DNA of 64,000 nt. It comes from Eledone cirrhosa (Eukaryota). The stretch is from NCBI GenBank assembly GCA_964016885.1, contig OZ024742.1, positions 331,824,001 to 331,888,000 on the forward strand, read 5' to 3'. The translations under genes and the position numbers were made by a program. Of the stretch, positions 1-12,480 are shown piece after piece; position 1 is the stretch's first letter, and each line of letters starts with the position of its first letter. The notes under the pieces were generated by a model that was given only the letters and a program-made list of their open reading frames with translations, was not told where the DNA came from and ran no database searches.

Positions 1-937
1 AAGAGAGGATTTAGTGGCAGTTGGGGTGAATACTGAACACTGAACACTGAATATTGAAGGTTATTTTTGGCAGAAGAGAGGATTTAGTGGCAGTTGGGGT
101 GAACACTGAACACTGAATATTGAATATTGAAGGTTATTTTTGGCAGAAGAGAGGATTTAGTGGCAGTTGGGGTGAACACTGAACACTGAACACTGAATAT
201 TGAAGGTTATTTTTGGCAGAAGAGAGGATTTAGTGGCAGTTGGGGTGAACACTGAACACTGAATATTGAATATTGAAGGTTATTTTTGGCAGAAGAGAGG
301 ATTTAGTGGCAGTTGGGGTGAACACTGAACACTGAACACTGAATATTGAAGGTTATTTTTGGCAGAAGAGAGGATTTAGTGGCAGTTGGGGTGAACACTG
401 AACACTGAATATTGAATATTGAAGGTTATTTTTGGCAGAAGAGAGGATTTAGTGGCAGTTGGGGTGAACACTGAACACTGAACACTGAATATTGAAGGTT
501 ATTTTTGGCAGAAGAGAGGATTTAGTGGCAGTTGGGGTGAACACTGAACACTGAACACTGAATATTGAAGGTTATTTTTGGCAGAAGAGAGGATTTAGTG
601 GCAGTTGGGGTGAACACTGAACACTGAACACTGTATATTGAAGGTTATTTTTGGCAGAAGAGAGGATTTAGTGGCAGTTGGGGTGAACACTGAACACTGA
701 ATATTGAAGGTTATTTTTGGCAGAAGAGAGGATTTAGTGGCAGTTGGGGTGAACACTGAACACTGAACACTGAATATTGAAGGTTATTTTTGGCAGAAGA
801 GAGGATTTAGTGGCAGTTGGGGTGAACACTGAACACTGAATATTGAAGGTTATTTTTGGCAGAAGAGAGGATTTAGTGCCAGTTGGGGTGAACACTGAAC
901 ACTGAATATTGAAGGTTATTTTTGGCAGAAGAGAGGA
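1..937. repeat. Tandem satellite, 13 units of 73 or 66 bp (AAGAGAGGATTTAGTGGCAGTTGGGGTG-(AACACTG/AATATTG)3-4-AAGGTTATTTTTGGCAG), cut by the window start
   Basis: Units start at 1, 74, 147, 220, 293, 366, 439, 512, 585, 658, 724, 797 and 863. Unit length varies by one 7-bp subrepeat. Confidence 0.95.
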
Positions 938-1054
938 TGGTATGTTTTACGATTTTCAGTAACGATCTGTAAAACACATTGCTTCTCGGTTTCATATTTT
1001 GTGAGAGTGTTATTGTAATCATGAATGAGTTTGACAACGCTTCCTGCACATTCC

Positions 1055-1345
1055 TCCGCTACCTCCACTTCCTCCCTTCTCCCCTTCCTCCTCTTCTTCC
1101 CTGCATCACTCCACTTTTTCTCCTTTCCCCTCCTTGCTCTACTTGCTCTCATTTACTCATTTCTCACCTTGCTCTGCTTTTATCCTTGCTCTCCTTACTC
1201 ACCCTTTCTCCCCTTGCTCTCCTTTTCTCATTACTCTCCTTGCTCTCCTTTTATCACTGCTCTCCTTGGTCTCTTTTTCTCATTGTTCTCTTTAATCTTC
1301 TTTTCTCTTTACTCTCCTTTTCTCCTTGCTCTCCCATTCTCCTTG
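1055..1345. repeat. Polypyrimidine (CT-rich) low-complexity tract
   Basis: Degenerate CTCCTT/CCTTGCT repeats. It explains the Leu/Ser-rich spurious ORFs here. Confidence 0.8.
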
Positions 1346-1425
1346 CATCTATGTACTTGTTTATATACAGATACGATGAAAAAAGGGGAGCAAGGAGAAA
1401 TATGAAAGCAAGGATAGTAGGGAGA

Positions 1426-1497
<72 letters not shown>

Positions 1498-1984
1498 TAC
1501 ATATATATGTATATATGTATATATATATATTACTCAATACCGAATACTCATTTCTTTCAGCTGTCAACCGCTTAGGGATATATTATATTAGGATGGCCCT
1601 TAGCTATAGTTAATTTTCCGAATGTTAAAATGTTGATGCTCCCACAGCGAAAAATAGGTACTTGCACTATACATGCACTCTGTTCCCGGCTTTGTAAGTT
1701 GCCTTGCCCATTACATTTATTGTTACTTAACCTTCTAATACCAAGAATATGTCTGAAGAAGTTTCTAATTTAAGAGAAGATTATGTAAAAGATAAATATT
1801 TTTTAACTGAAAAAATTACATTCCTGGTGAAAACTTTAAAATTTCACGCTCGATGAGGGTCGCCTTGCAGTAGTCTGTTTGAGCTAAAAGGGCGAATAGA
1901 TTGGTTGTTTGTTAATTGAAACAAGATAGAGCGGTGAGAGCTAAACTTGTTGAAACATTAAGTTGAAAATTAAGGGCCACCCTA

Positions 1985-2020
<36 letters not shown>

Positions 2021-2832
2021 ATGTGGTAAATGAGGGATCCCTTACTCAGTAAAATAGCTAAAATGAGGCCAGTAATACAAAGTGTAATTTTCGTTCGAAT
2101 AAGAAATGTACACAAAGGACATAGTGATAGCTTTGGGTGTGACACCAGAATTTGGAAGCACTTCTCAACTAACAGTGTTGTTAATTTGCTATCTATTTTT
2201 TCATCTGCACCGTGACCATCATGCCAATTTTTCTTTTGTTTCCACATTAATCTCCTTTCATGCACATTGAATATTTGCCTAACATAATTCCCGATATTAC
2301 TTTCGCAGACCTTCAATAACTAATGTGAAATATTCGTTTTCTAAACTCTTCCTATCCTGTTATATATTTATATACATGGTCAATTCTGAGACACTGTCTG
2401 TTGTCGATTTGTTTCATTAGATTGTTTACAAGTAGTATTCTATCAATGATCAATACAAACCTTTAGATTACATTAATTATATGAAGTAAAGATCAATAAA
2501 ACTTTAAAATTTTACATAAAATGTTAGCGTTCAACATTTCTGTAATTTTTTAAGAATTGATTTCTTGTTATTTAACTGATGTTAGAGGATATATTTCCAA
2601 CTAGATAAGTACTTGTCTGCCATGTCAAACATACCCCCATGTTCTTCATTATATAACATAAAGATCAATACAATTTACAAATTTTACTCACACAGTTATC
2701 CTTCGGCATTTATAATGTTTCATTCCTTGTTATTTAACTAATTGAATACGTATTTTTCTTTGAGAACAAGGATCGTTCACTAACGTTAAACATTCAAAGG
2801 TTACATTCACACCAATCTCTCTTATCATTATT

Positions 2833-2970
2833 AGTTACGTCCCTTTACGATCTGAGTTCAATTCCCGCCGAGGTTAACTTTGCCTTTCATCCTTACGGGG
2901 TCGATAAAATAAAGTACCAGTAATGTACTGTGATAATTGCTGGCCTTGTGCCAAAAAGTAGAAACAATTA
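2833..2970 (+). mobile_element. tRNA-derived SINE, 5'-truncated
   Basis: Matches the full copy at 4596: GAGTTCAA B-box-like motif, core CTTTGCCTTTCATCCTTACGGGGTCGATAAAATAAAGTACCAG, end GTAGAAACAATTAT. Confidence 0.9.
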
Positions 2971-3873
2971 TAATTTTTAGACGTCAACAATACAGCGTTC
3001 AAGCGAAGGTAAATTCAAATGAACAAAATATTATTATTAGTTGTATTAGTTTTAATATTCGTTATTATTGATATATATATATTTTTTTTTTTTTTTTTTT
3101 TTTTTTTAAATGGCCATCATCTGAACGATATCATTCACTACCTATTTTGCTACGAGATTTTTCAAATGTCATGACGAAGATAATTTCTATTTAAAAAAAT
3201 GAAATACCCTTTAGATTTTGGTCGTAAAGGGAAACGTCTTATTGAAAGATCACTGGGTTTTTTTGCAGGGGGTCGGAAAATATCCATTGCACTGAGACAT
3301 AAGGGAACGAAAGTCGTTCGATAAAACCATGGTATCAGAGGCGTAGCATGGTAGCAAAAACAGAGTTTGGTGAAATGTCATCGCTGAAAGCCGATAACTG
3401 AAGCTGAAAGACAGGCGGCCCTGTGTAGTCGCACGTGGCGGAGATCACACAGTTTGATTTTGCTGACCTGCGAGTTTTCCAGATTTGTTTGTGATGCCCT
3501 GGCAGCCATCACTACAGCAGTTAAAGGTAACTGTTTTAGATTTGTATTTTAATGTCGGAATTGATAACCTCCGAAATAAAACACCGTGTGGCCTGAGTGT
3601 ATATTTAGCAAACGCAAACAAATTAGACAGATAATGTAAACATTAAACAGTTAATTTGACATCAATCAAAATAACCCTGCAAATATTATTTCATTTTCAC
3701 GATGATACTATAAATGTCTAGAAAGTATGATGTTGGATGTGGAAAATTTACTGTTCCCCAAAAAACGGAAGAAACGTATTAGGAATATAAAAGAAATATG
3801 ATGGAAAAAGCTGAAAACTCGAATGACACTGCATTTTTAATACGACCTGTCCAAAAGTACACTCTCTCTTACA

Positions 3874-3986
<113 letters not shown>

Positions 3987-4053
3987 AATAGCAATATATG
4001 GAACATTACATTATGTAACATTCTCTCCTTATCTTAATGTATATTCCTTTGAA

Positions 4054-4172
4054 TTTCCGATGAGCCGCTCTGTTTTTAAATATGTTAATTATTTTCAAAT
4101 GAACCAGATCAATAATGATATATAGTCATTTGATCCAGAAATAATACATGGGGTAGCGAAACAATTGTAAAC
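4054..4172 (+). ncRNA. Degenerate minimal type-I hammerhead with long stem II
   Basis: CCGATGA (4057-4063), GCCGCTC...GGGTAGC stem II base, GAAA (4158), palindromic CAATTG stem III, GUA site. Stem I is weak. Confidence 0.5.
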
Positions 4173-4313
4173 GGACATTATTATTATTAATATTAGTATT
4201 ATTAATATTATTATTATTATTCTCTACATTCCTTACATCAAACTAAAATATATTGACAATCGTTTGAATAATGTCTTTCTTGTGAAATTTGTGGTCTTGT
4301 TTTGCTTAAATAA

Positions 4314-4401
<88 letters not shown>

Positions 4402-4899
4402 GCCCGTGTTCAATCGGGGGTAACCACAGTAAGTAAGGTACTCAATACAAGGCAGAGTATAAGTGTTTAATATAGAAAAGCTTCTACAGGACTAGAACTG
4501 TTTCATTCGTGAGAAATAATACATGGGGTAGCGAAACAATTGTAAACGGACATTATTATTATTAATATTATTAATATTAATATTATTAATATTAAGGGCG
4601 GTGGATTGGCAGTATCGGTAGAGGGTCGGACGCCAAGCTTTCCAGCATAGTTACGTCCCTTTACGATCTGAGTTCAAATCCCGCCGAGGTTGACTTTGCC
4701 TTTCATCCTTACGGGGTCGATAAAATAAAGTACCAGTAATGCACTGAGTAATTGATGGCCCTGTGCCTAAAGTAGAAACAATTATTATTAATATTATTAT
4801 CATTATTCTCTACATTCCTTACATCAAACTAAAATATATTGACAATCGTTTGAATAATGTCTTTCTTGTGAAATTTGTGGTCTTGTTTTGCTTAACTAA

Positions 4900-4947
<48 letters not shown>

Positions 4948-5066
4948 TATGCCCGTGTTCAATCGGGGGTAACCACAGTAAGTAAGGTACTCAATACAAG
5001 GCAGAGTATAAGTGTTTAATATAGAAAAGCTTCTACAGGACTAGAACTGTTTCATTCGTGAGAAAT
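4136..5066. repeat. Direct tandem duplication of about 380 bp; the second copy carries a SINE insertion
   Basis: 4136-4516 recurs from about 4512 to 5066, joined at AGAAAT microhomology. Confidence 0.85.
4596..4790 (+). mobile_element. Full-length tRNA-derived SINE
   Basis: GGGCGGTGGATTGGCAGTATCGG (A box) ... GAGTTCAAATCCC (B box) ... conserved core ... (ATT)n tail. The upstream duplicate copy shows the empty site. Confidence 0.92.
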
Positions 5067-5078
5067 CATCAAGAAGCT
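5028..5078 (-). ncRNA. Type-I hammerhead ribozyme (C3U variant in this copy)
   Basis: Minus strand reads AGCTTC-TTGATGA-TTTC TCAC GAAT-GAAA-CAG TTCTAGTC CTG-TA-GAAGCT. Stem I has 6 bp, stem III has 3 bp plus A-U, site GUA. Confidence 0.75.
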
Positions 5079-5090
5079 GACTGTTCAAGT

Positions 5091-5142
5091 CAGATTCCCG
5101 ATGATTTCTCACGAATGAAACAGTTCTAGTGCAGTAGAAGTT
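5091..5142 (+). ncRNA. Inverted, degenerate copy of the same hammerhead
   Basis: TTC-CCGATGA-TTTCTCACGAAT-GAAA-CAGTTCTAGTGCAG-TA-GAAG. It forms a hairpin with 5030-5082. Confidence 0.6.
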
Positions 5143-5163
5143 GTTTTCTCTCTCTATCTCTCA

Positions 5164-5254
<91 letters not shown>

Positions 5255-5365
5255 TTGAAAAAAATGAAAACGAAATTTCATTTCTCACTCTAAGTATGGC
5301 ACTTACTTAAATGTAAGTATGTATGTATACGTACATACATATATGTATACAGACGTACAGTAGCA

Positions 5366-5459
<94 letters not shown>

Positions 5460-5608
5460 CAGGTACACATACATATATAGACGCATCAGTTTAGCGGACG
5501 CTTATTATAACGCCGCTTTGTTCGTTTGTCAACAAACTGAACAGCCTGAATTTATGCCATACAGTGTTAAGGCAACCACGACACCTTTTTGTTCAACACT
5601 GACACAGG

Positions 5609-5653
5609 AACGATGTACTAGTTTCAAGCTTGTTAGCTATCATCAGCACCGTT
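5609..5653 (-). ncRNA. Minimal type-I hammerhead ribozyme, intact core
   Basis: AACGGTG-CTGATGA-TAGC TAACAA GCTT-GAAA-CTAG-TA-CATCGTT. Stem I has 7 bp, stem III is palindromic, site GUA. Confidence 0.88.
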
Positions 5654-5887
5654 TACCCATCTGCCAGATAGTTGAACGTTCGAAAGTATATACATTCCTT
5701 ATGAAAATTAACGGCTGAGCAGCCTAATGGGCATATTGAGTGAGTTAAATCGGTCAGGCATACCGAAAACGATAAGTTAAAAAAAATGAAAACGAAATTT
5801 CATTTCTCACTCTTAGTATGGCACTTACTTAAATGTATGTATGTATGTATACTTACATACATATATGTATACAGACGTACAGTAGCA

Positions 5888-5981
<94 letters not shown>

Positions 5982-6130
5982 CAGGTACACATACATATAC
6001 GCACGCATCAGTTTAGCGGACGCTTATTATAACGCCGCTTTGTTCGTTTGTCAACAAACTGAACAGCCTGAATTTATGCCATACGGTGTTAAGGCAACCA
6101 CGTCACCTTTTTGTTCAACACTGACACAGG

Positions 6131-6175
6131 AACGATGTACTAATTTCAAGCTTGTTAGCTATCATCAGCACCGTT
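6131..6175 (-). ncRNA. Minimal type-I hammerhead ribozyme, second tandem copy
   Basis: Same as 5609-5653 except that stem III reads TTAG. Confidence 0.82.
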
Positions 6176-6627
6176 TACCCATCTGCCAGATAGTTGAACG
6201 TTCGAAAGTATATACTTTCCTTATGAAAATTAACGGCTGAGCAGCCTAATTTGCATATTGAGTGAGTTAAATCGGTCAGGCATACCGAAAACGATAAGTT
6301 GAAAAAAATGAAAACGAAATTTCATTTCTCACTCTTAGCATGGCACTTACTTAAATGTAAGTATGTATGTATACGTACATACATATATGTATACAGACGT
6401 ACAGTAGCGTGTATATATATATATATATACATACAGGTACACATACATATATGCACGCATCAGTTTAGCGGACGCTTATTATAACGCCGCTTTGTTCGTT
6501 TGTCAACAAACTGAACAGCCTGAATTTATGCCATACGGTGTTAAGGCAACCACGTCACCTTTTTGTTCAACACTTACACGTTCCTGTGTCAGTGTTGAAC
6601 AAAAAGGTGACGTGGTTGCGTTAACAC

Positions 6628-9336
6628 GTGATTAAGGATATATTGTGAAAAGAAGTAGAAGAGTGGATGGATAAGTGTAATATGTATAAGTTAAGCATGA
6701 AAGGGAGAAAAAAAATGAATTGAGGATGAATAATCTAACGTAAAAAAATGTTTATGTTTACGAAGGATTTTTTCAAGGTGATACTATTTTGGTGGGTAAT
6801 AAATGAGAATTGAGAAGTATCTAGGAAGAAAAGGTACAGATTAGAGGTTAGAAATTAAAAGAAAAAGAAAAAAGAAAAAAGGAAAAAAAAAGAAAGTGCT
6901 AGATAAGAGTGATATAGAATGAGTAACTAGTATTATATAATGTATAATAAATAACATTGAAATAAGGTAGAAAGACGGGTATAGTTTTAAAGAAAAATAT
7001 ATATGTATATATATATATGTGCCTTTGAGAAAAGGATTTTAAATTGGTAAAGTATTAGATATTAGCTGTATACTTTATGGAATGTTCTGTGGAATTTATG
7101 CAAGCAGAGAGAAAACAAGTCAGTGCGTCTATTTATTATAGAATCTAAATTAGATATAATGGTAAATTGTTCACATAAACAGAGATTGCATGTCTTGGAT
7201 ACAGAACTATTCAAGTATGAAGAAGCAGAACAAACCTTCTACCAAGAGATGTTATAGTTAATATTTTTGTCTTTCAAGGACCATATGAGTTCTAAGAGTG
7301 CCGTGTTGGTTCTTTTAAGTTGGTATTTATGAGACGAATGATGATTATAAAGACGAGCTTTAAAGGAGGTGGAAGTGGAGCCTAAATAGGTAAAGGAATT
7401 GGTGTCAGTTATAACTTTACATTCGTAGATTAAGTTTTGTTCAATACAATGGTTGTTGAGAGGACCTTTAATTTTAACAGTGCAATTACAATTGCGATTA
7501 GAGAAATTAACAGAGTTATTAACAAGTCACCTAGTGTTATCTATAGAAGGAATTGGATTGGAGAAGTTATTTACGATAGGAATAATAGTTTCTTGATTTA
7601 GAATGAGATTAAGAACATTTAACGAAGTTGCGTTTGGCGTTGTATTTGGGTTTGCAGAATTAGCCTAGAGTTAATAATGACGTCGGGAGTACTATTACTA
7701 TTATTATGATATTCAGTGTTGGAAGGAAGAGATTTAGTATTTAGTATTTTATGGTTGTGTTTAGAGATAATGTTGGAGATGTTGGAGGAGGTCGAATAGG
7801 AAAATGTTATAGTGTTTGTTAAATATTTTACTATAGATATGTGAGGGAGGGAAGCATGTATTTAAGGCACTAAAGAATAAATTAGGAATATTATTATTAA
7901 TAGAGATGGAGAAAGGAGCATTATACCAGATGATGTTTTTGTATCTAGGTCTTTTATTAAAGTTATTGGAATGATCATGATTAATTATTCTACTGTAAGA
8001 TCTTCTAGAATTTGTTTCTTTACTGTATTTGATTTTATCATCATAACCGGCTTTAGAAAGCGCGTTATTATAGTAATTGTCGTTAGCATCAAAAATGTTT
8101 TTATTAGAAGATAGGTTAGATATTCTTTTTCCAATATTACTAACTATAGCATTCTTAATATTAGTGGGGTGGTTAGATTTTAAATTAACATTATTTAGGT
8201 TCTCATTGTTTTTATGGTAAGGGTAATATAGGCCAGTGTCAAGATTAAGAGATACATCCAAGAAATTAGCTAGTTTGATACTCTATGAAATTCAATTTTT
8301 CAGTTATGTTGGTTAAAGAGATTATGTATATTGTTCATAATAATATTAAGGTTAACTATGTTGCAATTTAAGATAGAAAAGAGTTCATCGTCACGATAAA
8401 TTCCACCGCGAAGTTGAGGAATTTTCCGATTCAAAAAGTTCAAAATAAAGATACCAATTAAATCTGTCAATTAGGATGAATCGGATTCTCCCATTGTTAT
8501 GTCAAAGTTGTTAGAGGTATCAGCTCTGGTCCAATATTCATTGTTGAACTCTAGGATGGTTTTACGTGCGGTGAGAATGATGTGAATTTCATCTGTGGTG
8601 ATGTCTGAATATTTGTAAGCGTAAGATAGAACATTGTTGAGAAATGAGGGCGAAATAGAAGAATAGTAACTGGCAATATCAAATTGAATAAATTTTTGTT
8701 TGTTTTTCTTATTCAATTTGTTGAACCAGCCAATCACTTCAGAAGTACCAAACCATAAATTTAAGTTCAAAGAAGAGCAATTAGAACGAACCTGTGGGAT
8801 AATTCTATCCAAGATGGCTTTGCTAACAACCGCCAGATCTGATTTAGAGGGAGCGATTAGTCTAACAGGTAGTTCAGTACGAAAATTGTTTTTGTGATCC
8901 TTGAGATTTATCCTCGGAGTTCTTGGGAGGAATGGTTCGGTCTTTTTTCCGTTGCCAAGTTTTGACATAATCTCAGAAGCTTCAAAGTTTATGGATTCTA
9001 AATTATCATGGTTGGTGTTGCGATATTTTTTCCTAAGTTCCTTTAGGATAAGGTTGTTATAGTTATCCTTAGAAATACCATATAAGTTATTTGTTTTGTC
9101 AGAGTGGACTAAAACATTTTTTGAGGAATTTAGGTTTAAAATTGTGTTCTTGAGATGTACAAGGTGCTCTTGTCCTCTGTAAGGGTTTCTCTTGAATTTA
9201 AGATTTTTTTATAATGTTAGTTAACTCCTCCTCGAATTGCACTAGATTTTTGTTGGAAGGAGGATTTCTTCTAGAATTAAAGAAATGATCGAGGAAGTTA
9301 TGTTCCTTGGTATAGAAGTTCCCTTTTAGGCGATGG
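6628..9336 (-). mobile_element. Penelope-like element (Naiad-type), decayed, RT plus C-terminal GIY-YIG
   Basis: ORF pieces 8471-8968 (LKDHKNNF..RLIAPSKS..FIQFDIASYYSSIS..FDITMG) and 7761-8261 (YYPYHK..SNHP..RISNLSS..IIWYNAPFS). It is the mirror image of 9337-11400. Confidence 0.88.
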
Positions 9337-11960
9337 TCACTTCTCAACAATGCTCTATCTTTCGCTTACAAATATTCAGACATCACCACAGATGAAATTC
9401 ACATCATTCTCACCGCACGTAAAGCCATCCTAGAGTTCAACAATGGATATTGGACCAGAGCGGATACCTCTAACAATTTTGACATCACAATGGGAGCATC
9501 CGATTCATCCCAATTGACAGATTTAATTGGTATCTTTATTTTGAAATCTTTGAATCGGAGAATTCCTCAACTTCGCGGTGGAATTTATCGTGACGATGGA
9601 CTCTTTTCTATCATAAATTGCAACATAGTTAACCTTAATATTATTAAGAACAATATACGTAATCTCTTTAACCAACATAACTGAAAAATTGAATTTCATA
9701 GAGCATCAAACTAGCTAATTTCTTGGATGTATCTCTTAATCTTGACACTGGCCTATATTACCCTTACCATAAAAACAATGAGAACCTAAATTATGTTAAT
9801 TTTAAATCCAACCACCCCACTAATATTAAGAATGCTATAGTTAGTAATATTGGAAAAAGAATATCTAACCTATCTTCTAATAAAGACATATTTGATGCTA
9901 ACGACAATTACTATAATAACGCGCTTTCTAAAGCCGGTTATCCTGATAAAATCAAATACAGTAAAGAAACAAATTCTAGAAGATCTTAAAGTAGAATAAT
10001 AAATCATGATCATTCCAATAACTTTAATAAAAGACCTAGATACAAAAACATCATCTGGTATAATGCTCCTTTCTCCTTCTCTATTAATAATAATATTCCT
10101 AATGTATTCTTTAGTGCCTTAAATACATGCTTCCCTCCCTCACATATCTATAGTAAAATATTTAACAAACACTATAACATTTTCCTATTCGACCTCCTCC
10201 AACATCTCCAACATTATCTCTAAACACAACCATAAAATACTAAATACTAAATCTCTTCCTTCCAACACTGAATATCATAATAATAGTAATAGTACTCCCG
10301 ACGTCATTATTAACTCTAGGCTAATTTCTGCAAACCCAAATACAACGCCAAACGCAACTTCGTTAAATGTTCTTAATCCCATTCTAAATCAAGAAACTAT
10401 TATTCCTATCGTAAATTACTTCTCCAATCCAATTCCTTCTATAGATAACACTAGGTGACTTGTTAATAACTCTGTTAATTTCTCTAATCGCAATTGTAAT
10501 TGCACTGTTAAAATTAAAGGTCCTCTCAACAACCATTGTATTGAACAAAACTTAATCTACGAATGTAAAGTTATAACTGACACCAATTCCTTTACCTATT
10601 TTGGCTCCACTTCCACCTCCTTTAAAGCTCGTCTTTATAATCATCATTCGTCTCATAAATACCAACTTAAAAGAACCAACACGGCACTCTCAGAACTCAT
10701 ATGGTCCTTGAAAGACAAACATATTAACTATAACATCTCTTGGTAGAAGGTTTGTTCTGCTTCTTCATACTTGAATAGTTCTGTATCCAAGGCATGCAAT
10801 CTCTGTTTATGTGAAAAATTTACCATTTTATCTAATTTAGATTCTATAATAAATAGACGCACTGACTTGTTTTCTCTCTGCTTGCATAAATTCCACAGAA
10901 CAGTCCATAAAGTATACAGCTAATATCTAATACTTTACCAATTTAAAATCCTTTTCTCAAAGGCACATATATATATATATATACATATATATTTTTCTTT
11001 AAAAATATACCTATATTTATACCTTATTTCAATGTTATTTATTATACATTATATAATACTAGTTACTCATTCTATATAACTCATATTTATCACTTCCCTT
11101 TCTTTCTTTTTTTCCTTTTTTCTTTTCTTTTTTTTTCTTTTTCTTTTAATTTCTAACCTCTAATCTGTACCTTTTCTTCCTAGATACTACTTCTCAATTC
11201 TCATTATTACCCACCACAATATATTCTGACTTCATAATATCACCTTGAAAAAATCCTTCGTAAACATACACATTTTTTTGACGTTAGATTATTCCACCTC
11301 AATTCATTATTTTGTTCTCCATTTCATGCTCATCTAACTGATACATATTACACTTATTCATCCACTCCTCTACTTCTTTTAACAAAATATCCTTAATTAC
11401 ATTACTATTGTTATATTTTTATATTTTTTAATAATACATATCAACAATTTCTTTCCATCGTACATATTATTAAACCCTTAAATATTATTCTTAATACATA
11501 TAAACAATTTATTTTCATCGCACATATTATTAAACCCTTCAATATACAAACCTTAATTTAACATTATTCTAAAATGTTTCTCTTCGTTAATTTTCAAATT
11601 CTTTTAATTTATAGATTATCTTCCAACGGTTTTTTAACCTCTCTATGTAAAACAATACATTTGTCTCACTTATAAAGCTATCTCTCTCTCTATCACCCAT
11701 CTCTCCTCCCTCTCCACTTTTTACTCTCATCTCCTCATCTTTTTCATCCTTTCCATCCTCCCACCCCCTCAATTGTTTTCCCAATATCACACATCAATCT
11801 AAAACTATTGTTCATGTGTTGATTTAAAACTGCACTATTTACAAGTGTGTTTTAACCTTCATATCATGTCTCCCTATTTTATCTGACGAAAACGCAAATG
11901 TCATTGCATGATGGTATTTGTTTTTGAAATGCGCATAATAAAATGCATGGAACTCTTTTA
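9337..11960 (+). mobile_element. Penelope-like element (Naiad-type), 5'-truncated, with 3' pLTR-like region
   Basis: RT motif GGIYRDDGL (9490-9684). GIY-YIG at about 10495-10920 (CNC..NLIYECKV..TYFGSTSTSFKARLYNH..LSELIWSLK..CNLCLCEK..CLH). HHR at the 3' end. Confidence 0.9.
11876..11944 (+). ncRNA. Minimal type-I hammerhead ribozyme in the PLE 3' region
   Basis: ATTTTAT-CTGACGA-AAACGCAAATGTCAT..ATGATGGTATTTGTTTTT-GAAA-TGCGCA-TA-ATAAAAT. The core is intact, stem III is palindromic and AATAAA overlaps the end. Confidence 0.85.
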
Positions 11961-12068
11961 ACCATCTTTTGATGTTATATAGTATTTATACTCCAGTCCT
12001 ACAAACTGGAGAGTGCTACTTATCCGTTATCTGCATTGCTTTATTGTACTACAATAAAACTCACCTCC

Positions 12069-12158
<90 letters not shown>

Positions 12159-12198
12159 ATATATTAATAAATGGAATCTATATTTATTAAACCATATT

Positions 12199-12264
12199 TA
12201 TTTTATTATATATATTTCAACGGAAACCAAGGCAAATTTTGGTGCGCTTTTGTCAGATAAAATA
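12199..12264 (-). ncRNA. Hammerhead-like motif (G8A), left arm
   Basis: TATTTTAT-CTGACAA-..ACCAA..TTGGT..-GAAA-TATATA-TA-ATAAAATA. Confidence 0.65.
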
Positions 12265-12414
12265 CAGATTTGTTTTATAAATAAATATCAACATACCCGG
12301 AATAAAAGACAACCTTAACGGTTGGAGCTTCCTTGATAGCTATCCAGGAAGCTCCAACCGTTAAGATTGTCTTTTCTTCCGGGTATGTCGATATTTATTT
12401 ATAAAATATATCTG

Positions 12415-12480
12415 TATTTTATCTGACAAAAGCGCACCAAATTTTGCTTTGGTTGACGTTGAAATATATATAATAAAATA
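12415..12480 (+). ncRNA. Hammerhead-like motif (G8A), right arm
   Basis: TATTTTAT-CTGACAA-AAGCGCACCAA..TTGGTTGACGTT-GAAA-TATATA-TA-ATAAAATA. Stem I matches the PLE HHR at 11876. Confidence 0.65.

Larger units (their letters stand above)
5251..6579 (-). mobile_element. Tandem array of 522-bp units (about 2.5 copies), each complete unit with one minimal hammerhead; retrozyme/pLTR-like
   Basis: Units start at 5251, 5773 and 6295, are nearly identical and contain an internal (TA)n tract. HHRs lie at 5609-5653 and 6131-6175. Confidence 0.8.

Noticed and set aside
1-937. Possible CRISPR array
   Set aside because: There are no unique spacers and no cas genes. It is a eukaryotic satellite.
979-1575. 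198-aa ORF and the many YIYI/HTHT/CVCV ORFs across the window
   Set aside because: These are read-throughs of CT-rich tracts and (TA)n/(CA)n microsatellites.
3255-3860. Possible DNA-transposon end and transposase start
   Set aside because: I could not find a partner TIR or a catalytic motif.
5323-6484. Repeated ORFs of about 130 aa in the tandem array
   Set aside because: They depend on (TA)n length, show no domain and lie antisense to the ribozyme strand.
9682-9684. TGA as selenocysteine in the Naiad RT
   Set aside because: A frameshift and a TAG follow shortly, the position is not an obvious Cys, and I identified no SECIS.
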